Assembly: GCA_963799845.1 (NCBI GenBank)
Contig: CAWCYI010000004.1
Coordinates: 992,001-1,056,000, forward strand
Direction of reading: 5' to 3'
Source of the DNA: an uncultured Nitrososphaerota archaeon
GTDB taxonomy: Archaea; Thermoproteota; Nitrososphaeria; Nitrososphaerales; CADDZS01
Length of the DNA stretch: 64,000 nt
The translations under genes and the position numbers were made by a program. Below, in pieces: positions 21,661-31,595 of this stretch. The notes under the pieces were generated by a model. The model was given only the letters and a program-made list of their open reading frames with translations. It was not told the DNA's origin and made no database searches. Positions within the stretch are counted from its first letter, which is position 1. Each line of letters opens with the position of its first letter.

Positions 21661-23937
21661 CTACGTGAGAGCCGCGAAGTACTCTATCGTCCCGAATATT
21701 CCAGGGTTGTAAGTCAGTCCGTGGACGTTGGATGTGACCGGCTGGAAGAACTCTGGATAGTTAGTCCAAAGATACATGACTAACTGGTTTCCGAGTGAGT
21801 TCATTGCGTCACTCGCCCTAACTACGCCTGTGATATTGCCTGTTGCCGTAGCTTCCACGGCTTGGTTGTAGAGATTCCCCATCTGTGCGAGATTCCATCC
21901 GGCCGGGAAGGTGAATACGTTGTTGGGAGCGAAGAGCGGTCCCAAGAAATCGATTGACCAAGGATAGTCTGCAACGGCGAACGACTTCCACATGTAGAGG
22001 TAGCTAGAGAACCCGTCGATCGTCAGCTGTCCCAGCGGAATCGGAACTACCGTCACCGTGAGACCCATGTTGTACGTCGCGCTAACGTTGTTGACCGCGG
22101 TCGCGATATCTTCCATTACTGCCTGATCGACTAGGTCCCCTGCGGGGAAATCAATCGCGAATGTCTGCGAAACCGGTTTGGTGCACGTCCCTCCATGTGA
22201 GGTCAGTGCAGCCGAAGAGCATCCGAAGGTATTGTTAAACAGTCCCGCCGGAGCTGCAGTTCCGTTCTCAAAATTAAATTGAGTAATGGGCGTCTCCATC
22301 GCGCTAACCAGCAGATCCTGAACCGCCGTCAGATTGAAGCTGTACCGAGGAACTATGGACGTGTTGTAAGTCCCCGGTGGCGGGAATCCGGGCGGCATTC
22401 CGTTGATGGCCACCTGCCCTAAATTATTGTTCTCGTTGATGTTGATACTAGTCATATTGACCGCATCCGCAAATGCGAGCCTGAAGCGCAGGTCTGCGAA
22501 CGGCTGGAACTGGTAAAATGAACCCGTTGCTGGATTTGTTACGTTCGTCGCAAACAAATTCAGGTTGGTCTGGTACCCGGTGTACGGTCCGTAGAGGGTG
22601 ACGCCAGGGATAGTCGAGACCAGAGTACCGTTGTCCAGCCAGGCGTTTCTGCTCGCTACGTCGTACAGGTTTGTGTTAGGAACGTCCACGCTCATAGCCT
22701 GGCCAGACCTCGCAGCGGCCTGGAGGTCTACTTCCCTCGTCGTTAGACTGGACACGACGCTGATGTCAACGGTTGTGAATGTAGGACTTATCTTCGCGCC
22801 ACCATCGAACTGGTAGGGTCCGCCCCAATATGTCGGGTTAACCTGCAGGACGATGTCATTTGTAGAAGGGCTCACGCTCTGGATTGTGTATGGGCCAGTT
22901 CCGGCGAGCGATCCTTGATACGAGCCGTCCAGGTATGTCGTCCCGCACCCGCTCGGAGTCGCGCCATTGTCGCACGTCGCTATTTCATCATACAGGTACT
23001 GGTTGATCATCGTGGTAGCGTTTCCGCTGAACGCAGCATAAGGAAGGGTGTACCCATTGCTGGACTGATTCCATAAAGCGAGGTCATGCTGCATTACGAA
23101 ATCAGGTGCGACAAGCGCAGACCACTGGTTCGCGAAAAGATACGGAAAGGCCGCGTTTGGATTCTGTATGTGCAACGTGAAAGTCAGAGGCCCCGTTATC
23201 TGCACGAAATTTTGCGCCAGCACTTCCTGCGCATACTGCTGGGTGTACTTGTGGGGTCCCGTCAAAACGTAGCTGAGACTTGTGTTGAGCAGTTGCTGTA
23301 CGATCCACGAAGCCTGAGTACCGTGGCTGCCGGGAGCACTGTTATCCTCAATCAGCAGTTTGTTTAATGCAAAGTAGACATCGGTCGAGTTCAAAGTCTC
23401 GCCATCTGCGAACTTTATTCCACTTCTCAAGGTAAAATTAGCCGTCTCGCCGTTCGCGGAGAGTGTGTAGTTTTGTGCAAGCCAAGGAATTACGGTTGTG
23501 CCGTTAGTCCCAGTGTACCACAGGAGCGTTTCGTAGACGTTTTGCATGACGTTGTAATCGTAAGCCGCGTAAGAGACCTGAGGATCGAGTTGGCGCGGGG
23601 TATTAACCGTCTCCCAAGTAAAAGTCGTCGGAGTTGCAGCGGTCGAGGAAGTGGATGTTGTCGAACTCGAGGTCGTAGAAGTAGTTGACGAAGTCGAAGT
23701 TAGGCTGCTGGTGGAAGAAGTTGGCGATGTTGTCGGAGAACTGGTACTTGTCGTAAAAGACGAGGTTGAAGTAGGAGGGATTGTCGGAGAGGAAGTGGAT
23801 GTTGTGGTAGGGGATGTAATGCTTGTGGTCGAAGACCGAGTGGCAATGTAAGCTCCGGCCGCTATGAGAACGATGATAACAACTACAACAACTATGATTA
23901 AGCTTCGAGCTAGCGCCCGCTTGAACGACTTTGACAT
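21661..23937 (-). CDS. Archaeal family 5 (peptide/nickel) ABC substrate-binding protein with N-terminal anchor and Ser/Thr stalk
   Basis: TM anchor, ~65 aa S/T/P linker, LDPQVSY..NVYETL, FTLRSGIKFADG, AGTGPY. Confidence 0.88.
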   Translation of the reverse strand: MSKSFKRALARSLIIVVVVVIIVLIAAGAYIATRSSTTSITSPTTTSTSSPTIPPTSTSSFTTSTSSPTTSPTSSTSSLTSTSSTTSTTSSSTTSTSSTAATPTTFTWETVNTPRQLDPQVSYAAYDYNVMQNVYETLLWYTGTNGTTVIPWLAQNYTLSANGETANFTLRSGIKFADGETLNSTDVYFALNKLLIEDNSAPGSHGTQASWIVQQLLNTSLSYVLTGPHKYTQQYAQEVLAQNFVQITGPLTFTLHIQNPNAAFPYLFANQWSALVAPDFVMQHDLALWNQSSNGYTLPYAAFSGNATTMINQYLYDEIATCDNGATPSGCGTTYLDGSYQGSLAGTGPYTIQSVSPSTNDIVLQVNPTYWGGPYQFDGGAKISPTFTTVDISVVSSLTTREVDLQAAARSGQAMSVDVPNTNLYDVASRNAWLDNGTLVSTIPGVTLYGPYTGYQTNLNLFATNVTNPATGSFYQFQPFADLRFRLAFADAVNMTSININENNNLGQVAINGMPPGFPPPGTYNTSIVPRYSFNLTAVQDLLVSAMETPITQFNFENGTAAPAGLFNNTFGCSSAALTSHGGTCTKPVSQTFAIDFPAGDLVDQAVMEDIATAVNNVSATYNMGLTVTVVPIPLGQLTIDGFSSYLYMWKSFAVADYPWSIDFLGPLFAPNNVFTFPAGWNLAQMGNLYNQAVEATATGNITGVVRASDAMNSLGNQLVMYLWTNYPEFFQPVTSNVHGLTYNPGIFGTIEYFAALT

Positions 23938-23960
23938 AAAGGTTGACTGCTAAAGTATCA

Positions 23961-23972
23961 GATATAAGCGTA
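23961..23972 (-). promoter_or_regulatory. Candidate BRE/TATA (TACGCTTATATC), leaderless
   Basis: About 25 nt upstream of ATG 23937. Confidence 0.6.
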
Positions 23973-24185
23973 GTTACCAGCGCTGATGTTGCGCCTTCTT
24001 CGAAAATTCGAATTCCTATTTCGAAAGAACTAAGAAATTGCGTGTTCTACTTTTCTGGATTATTGAGGATCTAACCAAATGGATGAGGGTGGCTTTTTAC
24101 GAAAAGTCGCTATCGAACGTTTCGATACTGCTCTAACTGTGGGGATCCTCGGGGTAATCGACTCTCAGACCTATGACTCATATCT

Positions 24186-24460
24186 TCAATAGTATATTCC
24201 GTCTTTCTTGAAGACTGAAGAGATCCTGAAGCTTATCAACCTGGCTCTTATCTCATCAAGATCGTGACTGGAAAAAGCTCGTAATCATTTTCTTTCGGAC
24301 GACGAGAGAGAATCACACGCAATACATACGTCATGTAATCAGTGGCTGATATGAAGCCTCCTTGAGTAATTACTAATTTTTCAATCCGTCGCATCAAGGG
24401 AACTGGAATGTTGACAGCGACGTACTTGGCTTGAGCATTCATCGGGTTCATCTGGCTCAA
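24186..24460 (-). CDS. Archaeal ribbon-helix-helix (CopG-like) regulator (probable indel near 24272)
   Basis: YVAVNIPVPLMRRIEKL...GFISATDYMTYVLR; adding one T in the T5 run gives ELFSSHDLDEIRARLISF... Confidence 0.65.
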
Positions 24461-24474
24461 GTCAAGTTCCGAGT

Positions 24475-25320
24475 CTAGTTTGTGAACTGGTTGATTAATC
24501 CACGCTTTGACCTTACGCTGTCCTCAAGTCGCTGGAAAACGAGCCTATCAGCCACAAAGCCGATCACGAATATTACGATCATCGTTGCGATAACCTGATT
24601 CATCTCCGCGAATTCGCTTCCGTAGTAGAGCAATTCACCTAGACCGACGGAGATACCGAACAGCATCTCGGCTCCGATTAGGGCGTGCCAGGAGAAGGAC
24701 CAGGTCTGTCTGAGCGCAGTGACCATCTGCGGCATCGACGCTGGGAGCATAACGCTTCTCAGCAGAGAAACTCTCCTGACCCCCATGTTCTTTGCAACCT
24801 TGAGATATATCGGCGGGATGTTCCGGACGCTGTTGTAGGTCGAGATCATCATCGAAAAGACCGAGCTCATTATCATGACGAAAAGGAGTCCAAAGTCGTT
24901 TAGACCTATTATCAGGATTGCGAACGGAACCCAAGCTATGCTCGGGAATGATTGCAAGCCCAGACAGAATGAGCTCATAGTTTTTCCGAACCGGCGAAAA
25001 TTGGCCATCAGAAGACCGACCAGCGTGCCCAGGATCACCGAGAGACCAAACCCTGCAACCAGTCTTTCAAGGGTGGCGCTGATCGCAAGGGCGAGCGCTC
25101 CGTCTTCAGCCAGAGTCAGTAACCTAGCGAACGCCATCGCCGGAGACGGGAGCAGAAACGACGGGTAGAACTTTAGGTCGAATACTAGCTGCCAGAGTCC
25201 GAGAAATATCCCGATCGCTATCGCGATGTCGAGATACGTCGTGTAGCTGCGTTTCTTCTTCTGACTAGACTGTGATTCTGACTGGACTATTTTCTGTTGG
25301 CTGTGATTTCTCCCCATCAA
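24475..25320 (-). CDS. ssuC: SsuC/TauC-type ABC permease
   Basis: LLPSP, LQSFPSIAWVP, VMLPASMP, LIGAEM. Confidence 0.85.
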   Translation of the reverse strand: MMGRNHSQQKIVQSESQSSQKKKRSYTTYLDIAIAIGIFLGLWQLVFDLKFYPSFLLPSPAMAFARLLTLAEDGALALAISATLERLVAGFGLSVILGTLVGLLMANFRRFGKTMSSFCLGLQSFPSIAWVPFAILIIGLNDFGLLFVMIMSSVFSMMISTYNSVRNIPPIYLKVAKNMGVRRVSLLRSVMLPASMPQMVTALRQTWSFSWHALIGAEMLFGISVGLGELLYYGSEFAEMNQVIATMIVIFVIGFVADRLVFQRLEDSVRSKRGLINQFTN

Positions 25321-26110
25321 GGGCGATCTCCTCCTTAATTTCTCTCATTATCGAATTGATTATTCCAATAAGCGCCGGATCCTCAGAGTCCCGCGGTCTT
25401 GGCAGATCAACTATGTACTGCTGCTTTATTCTGGCGGGCCTGTGAGTAAAGACGATTACCCGGTCGCCAAGAGAAACTGCTTCCCGAACGTCGTGGGTAA
25501 CAAACAGTATTGTTTTCTTTGTTTTTTCATGAATCTCCTGAACCTCGTTCTGCAGGATCTGTCGAGTGCGCGCGTCAAGCGCTCCGAACGGCTCGTCCAT
25601 CAAGAGAATTCTGGGATTCAGGGCGAGCCCCCTGGCAATTGCAACCCTCTGCTTCATCCCTCCCGATAACTGGTGTACTCTGGACTGGGCGAAAGGCGTC
25701 AATTCTACCAGTTCGATGTACTCGCTCGCGATCCTCTTTCGCTCCTCCTTGGAGATACCTTTTTGTTTCAGACCGAACTCGACATTTTCTTCGACGGTTA
25801 ACCAAGGGAAGAGAGACTCCTCCTGAAAGATTATGACAATGTCTGGACCGGTTGATCCGATCCTGTGACCCTTTACCACAATGTCTCCGGAGTCGTAGCT
25901 CTCCAGACCGGCGATAATGCTGAGGAGGGTGCTTTTGCCACAACCCGAAGGACCGATGATTGTGACAAACTCTCCTTCCTTGACGTCGAAGCTCACGTTA
26001 TCGATCACCGTGAGGTCCTCCTTGTTCGCTCCGTCGTGATTCGGATGGCTCTTTCGGAGCTTATCCACCTCGAGTATCTTGTCGGACTTTTCACTCAGCG
26101 TATACGCCAA
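25265..26110 (-). CDS. ssuB: SsuB/TauB-type ABC ATPase
   Basis: GPSGCGKST, FQEESLFPWLTV, LSGGMKQR, DEPFGALDA. Confidence 0.88.
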   Translation of the reverse strand: MAYTLSEKSDKILEVDKLRKSHPNHDGANKEDLTVIDNVSFDVKEGEFVTIIGPSGCGKSTLLSIIAGLESYDSGDIVVKGHRIGSTGPDIVIIFQEESLFPWLTVEENVEFGLKQKGISKEERKRIASEYIELVELTPFAQSRVHQLSGGMKQRVAIARGLALNPRILLMDEPFGALDARTRQILQNEVQEIHEKTKKTILFVTHDVREAVSLGDRVIVFTHRPARIKQQYIVDLPRPRDSEDPALIGIINSIMREIKEEIALDGEKSQPTENSPVRITV

Positions 26111-26127
26111 TCTTGTTGCGCCTCCGT

Positions 26128-27363
26128 CTAACTCGTGATCTGTGGAAGTCCGTCCTGTTGCAGTACTTGATTCAGCAATGTCAGGTCGAACAGGCCGTTC
26201 AAGTTAGGCGCTGAAGTGCCCAGGAATCCCAGTTCGTAAGCATTCTGAGCTTGCTGTGTCACTGAGGCTTCCAGTGGATCGTAGGTGAACGTGAGATACT
26301 GGGTTGCGTTGTTGAATATGGTGGAGTTTGTCGGTGTGGTAGTTGTGAGGTTCGCGATCCTATTGTCGATAAGTGTAGCTGCCTGCACGGGGTTCTTTGT
26401 GATCCACATAGTGTCGTTGACATCAGCTTCGATGATTTTCTTCACGACGTCTGGGTGAGCATTCAGGAACGATGTGCTCACAACGAGTTCAGCGGTCGAA
26501 AAGTTTCCTCCAGGCCACAGACTCCTTTCGTCAAGGAATACATGGCAGTTTGCCTCAAAGATTAGCTGTGAGGCAGTTGGCTCCGGCACCCAGGCTCCAT
26601 CGAGCTGACCTTTTTCCATCAAAGTCAAGATGTTCGAGTTTGAGGTGTCCACTACCGAGACGTTGGTTCCCACGACGTAGTGATTTCGAAGCAAGAACGA
26701 CCTCAGAGCGATATCTTGGGTGTTGCCTAACTGTGGTGCTGCGAATGTCTTTCCAGTGAAATTCGCGACAGAGGTAATTCCATCGTTGTTCCTTACGACG
26801 AATACTGCTCCCCCGTTTGAAACTCCTGCGACAATCCTTAGCGCGGTACCGTTGGACTGGATGAATGCATTAACCGCAGGACTTGGTCCTACGTAAGCCA
26901 TGTCAAGTTGGCCTGCCAATAGGGCTGTCATCTCGGTCGGTCCTGCTGTGAACAGAGTTGTCTTGATTGTAGTTGTAGGTCCTAGATACGCCTGAAAGTC
27001 ACCATCAGAAAGGCCGACGATTGCCGGTGCGTGATTCAGGTTAGCAAAGTAACCTATCCTAACGAGATTAATGGAATTTGTTGCATTAGAACTTGAACTA
27101 GTCGTTGACGAGGTTGATGATACTGTGGTTGTGACTGGAACGAGAGACGTTGTTGTCGCCGTTGAGATGAGAGATTGTGTGCTAACTAGGGATGTTGTAG
27201 AAACTAGAGAGGTTGTACTCACCAACGTATTCGTTGTGGTGAGCGTCACCGTGCTTGCTTGTTCTGTTGTAGTCTTAGATCCGATACTTGACGCGGCGTA
27301 CGCTCCGCCAGCGATCAGCGCGATAATTATTACCGCGACTATAGCTATCATTGAGCTTTTCAA
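26128..27363 (-). CDS. ssuA: SsuA-type (aliphatic sulfonate-like) ABC substrate-binding protein with Ser/Thr stalk
   Basis: RIGYFANLNHAPAIVG, YVGPSPA, PQLGNTQDIALR, AWVPEP. Confidence 0.85.
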   Translation of the reverse strand: MKSSMIAIVAVIIIALIAGGAYAASSIGSKTTTEQASTVTLTTTNTLVSTTSLVSTTSLVSTQSLISTATTTSLVPVTTTVSSTSSTTSSSSNATNSINLVRIGYFANLNHAPAIVGLSDGDFQAYLGPTTTIKTTLFTAGPTEMTALLAGQLDMAYVGPSPAVNAFIQSNGTALRIVAGVSNGGAVFVVRNNDGITSVANFTGKTFAAPQLGNTQDIALRSFLLRNHYVVGTNVSVVDTSNSNILTLMEKGQLDGAWVPEPTASQLIFEANCHVFLDERSLWPGGNFSTAELVVSTSFLNAHPDVVKKIIEADVNDTMWITKNPVQAATLIDNRIANLTTTTPTNSTIFNNATQYLTFTYDPLEASVTQQAQNAYELGFLGTSAPNLNGLFDLTLLNQVLQQDGLPQITS

Positions 27364-27401
27364 AACTTATCACGTAATAGAAATCCAATTCGTTTTCACA
27401 G

Positions 27402-27417
27402 TAATTATACATAATTA
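27402..27417. promoter_or_regulatory. Perfect palindrome TAATTAT-AC-ATAATTA at the ssuA promoter
   Basis: 7-bp arms, overlapping a minus-strand TTTAAT, about 40 nt upstream of the start. Confidence 0.4.
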
Positions 27418-27639
27418 AATCCGTAACTGAAATGCACTTATTGCGTGTATTATGGAGGGATTTGGCCATCCTTTACGTATAATTGGGCCTTTATTTCGAC
27501 CATCGATATGGCCCCTGAAAAATCATTTTGTAACCGTTTTTAGAGACTTTCGAGGGATATATCGAAAGTCTAGTATTGTAAAGGGCAACGACACTTCTCT
27601 CGATTGCCCTAATTTGAAATTAAGTATCTTGTTTATTTT

Positions 27640-28116
27640 TTATCTGACAGTATTCTCAAGCTCTTGTCCTTCGTCGACCCTGAGCTGGCAGAAGCTGTAG
27701 AGAGCATCATAGAGCGGAAACTGAAGATTCATGTTTTCTTTGTCGTCTGGCGCGATCATCCTGAACCCGGTCGCAGCCGCTTCGAGTCCCGCAGATTCGG
27801 GAGCCGAATCAGTTGGCCCGGTTACTCTGGCATCCGCACCCCTGACTATTTTTGCAAGCTCCAGCAGAGGTTTATCTTTCAAATTGTACTTTTTTATTAG
27901 CGCGTCGAAGGTCACATGCTCCATGCCGTTGTCAAAATAATGAGACAATTCGACTCCCGGAACGTCGAAGGGAATCGCTCCCTCGTTCTTCGCAATCTCC
28001 AGGACTTTTTCCTTCGGGGCGAAGATGAATTGAGCATCCTTGTCTATGAATTTCCTGATCAGCCACGGACAGGCAATACGGTCAACCTTCGCTTTCTCTC
28101 TGGTAACCCATCTCAT
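27640..28116 (-). CDS. Chromate resistance ChrB C-terminal domain protein
   Basis: MRWVTREKAKVDRIACPWLIRKFID...GAIPFD...IVRGAD...YDALY. Confidence 0.88.
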   Translation of the reverse strand: MRWVTREKAKVDRIACPWLIRKFIDKDAQFIFAPKEKVLEIAKNEGAIPFDVPGVELSHYFDNGMEHVTFDALIKKYNLKDKPLLELAKIVRGADARVTGPTDSAPESAGLEAAATGFRMIAPDDKENMNLQFPLYDALYSFCQLRVDEGQELENTVR

Positions 28117-28217
28117 CGTCGAATAAACCTAGTGCGCTCGGTCTAAGCGGCTGTTCTCATAAGATTATTGAAAGAGTTCTAATCCTGAGTAGGCATTCCA
28201 GTCATCGAGTCTGGTAA

Positions 28218-28541
28218 TCAGAGTTCAATCATCAAGATGATGGTTGCATTTTCTTTCACGACCGAGCCGCCTTGGGAAACACTGGAGTACACCGAATCTT
28301 CATTCACAAAGAAGACGAAGCCAACGTCGTCACACCATTGTTTTGAATCAGAAACAATTCGTTTCATATCGTCAGGCTGAACGTCTTTGAAAGAAATCAG
28401 GACCGTATCTGGATCGAGATCTTGAGCTGGAGTATCGACTTTCAGATCTCCCTTTTCAATTAGATGTTTCAGAAGATCAACAGCTTGCGCATCAGATTCT
28501 CTCGGTTGAACAATAATGTAGATCGATGTCAATTTGATCAA
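28218..28541 (-). CDS. Hypothetical protein
   Basis: 107 aa ORF with globular alpha/beta composition. Confidence 0.5.
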   Translation of the reverse strand: MIKLTSIYIIVQPRESDAQAVDLLKHLIEKGDLKVDTPAQDLDPDTVLISFKDVQPDDMKRIVSDSKQWCDDVGFVFFVNEDSVYSSVSQGGSVVKENATIILMIEL

Positions 28542-28822
28542 TTGGGTAATTCAGTCCTCATTTACGCTTTTCATCCAAGAAAAATTTGGATAGGTCTCGA
28601 CAAGCGCAATTCGAACTCTCAATCGCTTCTTGTTCAGCTTCAAAAAAAAGCTCAGATGCGATTTGCTCGCAAGCTTGGTCCAGGCATCGATTCCTTGACA
28701 TTACATCGCAACAATGATCGGATTGATAGAGGGTTGATGGGAGTTTGCCCAGATTCTCAGAGATGATAAACGTCTCCCCAATTTAATATCGTCTTTCGAG
28801 TAAAATAGTACGTGAAAAAGTT

Positions 28823-30616
28823 ATGACGCAAGATAATAATCATTCTAATGAATCACCATCCAAGAACGGCAAAGGAGTCTCGAGAAGACAATTTCTCGTT
28901 GGCGCCGGAGCCGGCCTGGTAGTCGGAGCTGCGGTCGGTGCGGGGATCGGATCCCTAGGTTTCCCTCAAACCATTACAAAGAACCAGACTGAGACGACGA
29001 CGCAGACGACTGAGGTGCAGCCTTGGATTCCCGCGAGCTGGGATCAAACGGCTGACGTCGTGGTGCTCGGATATGGAGGCGCTGGCGCGATAACCGCAAT
29101 TACAGCGCATGATGCTGGGGCAAACGTGCTGATCTTGGAGAAGACTCCGAGTCTTGCCTCGCTCGCTGTTGCTGGCGCAAATATTTCCGGCGGTGGTGGT
29201 AACACTCACATAAATGGAGGACTCGTGGTCATTCCGGTTGACGCTACTAACGGGGCTACCGATGCTTACTCCCTTTGCTGGGGTACCACGCCCATGCCGG
29301 TTTGCCAAGCTTGGGCAAATGGCGCCGTCAACATCCCAGCCTACCTTGACGGATTGGGTCTTACTTACACTACGGCGCAGAATGCCGCTGAGCTCCCGAA
29401 TCTTCCCGGAGCTTCAACGATAACCGCGGCGACGATTAGCGGTGGAGGCACCGCTCTGTTCCATGCCCTCGATCAGGCTGTCCAGAGCAGGAAAATTAAC
29501 GTTCTTTTCAATACCCCAGCTACTGGTTTGATTCAAGATCCGGTCTCGAAAGAGATTCTGGGGGTCACTGCAATATCTAATCCCCCTCCCTCGACATCTT
29601 CGACATCATGGTGGACGGAGCCCGTAAGCGGAGGCACGGTAATTAACGTCAAGGCGAACAAGGCAATCGTTCTTTGCACTGGCGGGTTCGAATACGATGA
29701 CCAGATGAAGGCAAGTTATCTCAAAATGTATCCGGTCCATTTCTATGGCTGGCAGTACAACACTGGAGATGGGCTGCGTATGGCCACAAGAGCTGGTGCT
29801 AGTCTCTGGCACCTGAACATGTTCTCCGGGAGGTGCGTGCCGTGGTTTCCAGATCACGATATGGCGTATGGCTATTTCATTAACGCCGCCGGGACCCCGA
29901 TGATACTGGTTGACAAACACGGCAACCGTTATGCAGACGAAAGCTCAACGGCCGCCGGGCATAACTGGTGGGTGCTGCTCGATGATTTCGACATCAAAGT
30001 TCCAGAGTATACTCGCATCCCGACATTCATGATTTTTGATGGAGCAAGATTGAAGGCAGGTCCCATCAGTAGCTATGGAGGCGTCGCTTTACCGACCCAG
30101 CTTGGAGGTCTCACATGGAGCTCCGACAACAGTGCCGAGATTTCAAAGGGATGGATACTACAGGGCAGTACACCCGCAGATCTTGCTGCAGCTATAAACA
30201 GCACCACATTCGTAGGTTGGAATACCGACGATTCGGTACAAGTTCCGGAAGGCATCAACGTAAACATAGACGCGACAGAGTTGACAACAACCATTACCAA
30301 TTACAACAACTACTGTGCTGCCGCAAGCGATCCCGACTTTGGGAGAAATCCCAAGACATTGCTACCGTTTCAAACTCCACCATTTTATGCACTCGCGCTT
30401 TGGCCCGGAGGCCCTAATTCACAGGGAGGCCCCGTCAGAAACGAAAACGCGCAAGTCCTCGACACCGCAGGCAACCCCATCCCTCGCTTGTACAGTTGCG
30501 GCGAGCTGGGTTCCATGTGGGCCCTTTATCCGACGGGCGGGGGTAACAACAGCGAGCTTATCGTATTCGGCCAAATTGCCGGCAAGAATGCGGCAGCGGA
30601 GACCTCACAGTCTTGA
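28823..30616 (+). CDS. Tat-exported FAD-binding oxidoreductase (fumarate reductase/KstD/flavocytochrome c flavin-subunit superfamily)
   Basis: SRRQFL + TM; DVVVLGYGGAG, ILEK, LCTGGFE, NTGDG, IPRLYSCGE. Confidence 0.88.
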   Translation: MTQDNNHSNESPSKNGKGVSRRQFLVGAGAGLVVGAAVGAGIGSLGFPQTITKNQTETTTQTTEVQPWIPASWDQTADVVVLGYGGAGAITAITAHDAGANVLILEKTPSLASLAVAGANISGGGGNTHINGGLVVIPVDATNGATDAYSLCWGTTPMPVCQAWANGAVNIPAYLDGLGLTYTTAQNAAELPNLPGASTITAATISGGGTALFHALDQAVQSRKINVLFNTPATGLIQDPVSKEILGVTAISNPPPSTSSTSWWTEPVSGGTVINVKANKAIVLCTGGFEYDDQMKASYLKMYPVHFYGWQYNTGDGLRMATRAGASLWHLNMFSGRCVPWFPDHDMAYGYFINAAGTPMILVDKHGNRYADESSTAAGHNWWVLLDDFDIKVPEYTRIPTFMIFDGARLKAGPISSYGGVALPTQLGGLTWSSDNSAEISKGWILQGSTPADLAAAINSTTFVGWNTDDSVQVPEGINVNIDATELTTTITNYNNYCAAASDPDFGRNPKTLLPFQTPPFYALALWPGGPNSQGGPVRNENAQVLDTAGNPIPRLYSCGELGSMWALYPTGGGNNSELIVFGQIAGKNAAAETSQS

Positions 30617-30656
30617 ATGGTAAAGACTGCTCGGGCAGAAGGGAGATAACCGCAAA

Positions 30657-31587
30657 ATGTCAACCAAAGGATTTTCATTCTTTTTCAGGCGTTCATTAGC
30701 TGTTTGCTTAGCCCTAATTTTTCTGGCCAATCTAATCCTGTTTGTGCCTGCAAGTGAAGCAGCGACAACTATCACCGTGTACCAATCCCAGCATCCGGTA
30801 GTACTTGACGGCATTGTACAGCCCGGTGAATGGACCGACACGCCAATCATTACCGATTCCGGTTCCGGGTTAACTTACGCGTTCAAGCAGAACGGAACCG
30901 GGCTGCTTTTCCTGATGATTTGGAGCGAACCGACTCCCTGTCCAACGTGCTTTGGCGGGATTGAACTTGGCCATCTCAACAACACGGCGCCGATGGGAAG
31001 TTCATCAACTCCTACCATCATGATTCTTTCAAGTCCGTCGTTCAAAGGCAACGTCGATGAATTTATCTCGACGGGAGAATTCACGCCGACTTCGGTCGAG
31101 CAGGACGGTTACAAAACGCAATCCACATGCGGGGTCACTTACGCAAACGGCCAGTATACCGCAGAGTGCTATCGTCCGTTCAAGCTAACGGATGCATCGC
31201 CATATGACTTTCCGAATCTAACCGTTGGGTCTACTATCGAAATCGCGTTCGCAGTTGGACTCTTCAATCAACCAGGAAATCATCTGGCTACAGATATGTC
31301 AACATACGTCCTGACAATAACAAACCAGACTTATACGTCCACCGCGACGAGTACTTCCTCTCAGCTCCACATCATCAAGCCAAGTCTCAACTTCTACAAG
31401 CTCAAGTGGATCATTTTCTCCGACATCTACGTCCTCCAATAGTTCAACGTCGGTTTCAACATCAACGCAATCATCATCGGTGTCCACGACAGCGCAGGCG
31501 AATTACTACGCCGAGGAACTTCTAGTAATCATGGTGGGATTCAGTGTACTTACCATAATTGTGCTCATAAGATACGAAGGAAGTTGA
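30657..31587 (+). CDS. Secreted DOMON/CBM9-like beta-sandwich protein with Ser/Thr stalk and C-terminal TM anchor (indel near 31360)
   Basis: Signal peptide; VLDGIVQPGEW, ECYRPF, IAFAV; frame shift continues SSTSSSQVST...YYAEELLVIMVGFSVLTIIVLIR to TGA at 31585-31587. Confidence 0.6.
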
Positions 31588-31595
31588 GAACATAA

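Noticed and set aside
23640-23835. Repetitive DNA here and at ~27070-27270 and ~31330-31490
   Set aside because: These encode Ser/Thr-rich stalks of exported proteins; they are not CRISPR arrays or mobile repeats.
28558-28701. Possible 47-aa minus-strand ORF (MSRNRCLDQACEQ...NCACRD...)
   Set aside because: Short, crosses an 8-nt homopolymer, and has no recognisable family.
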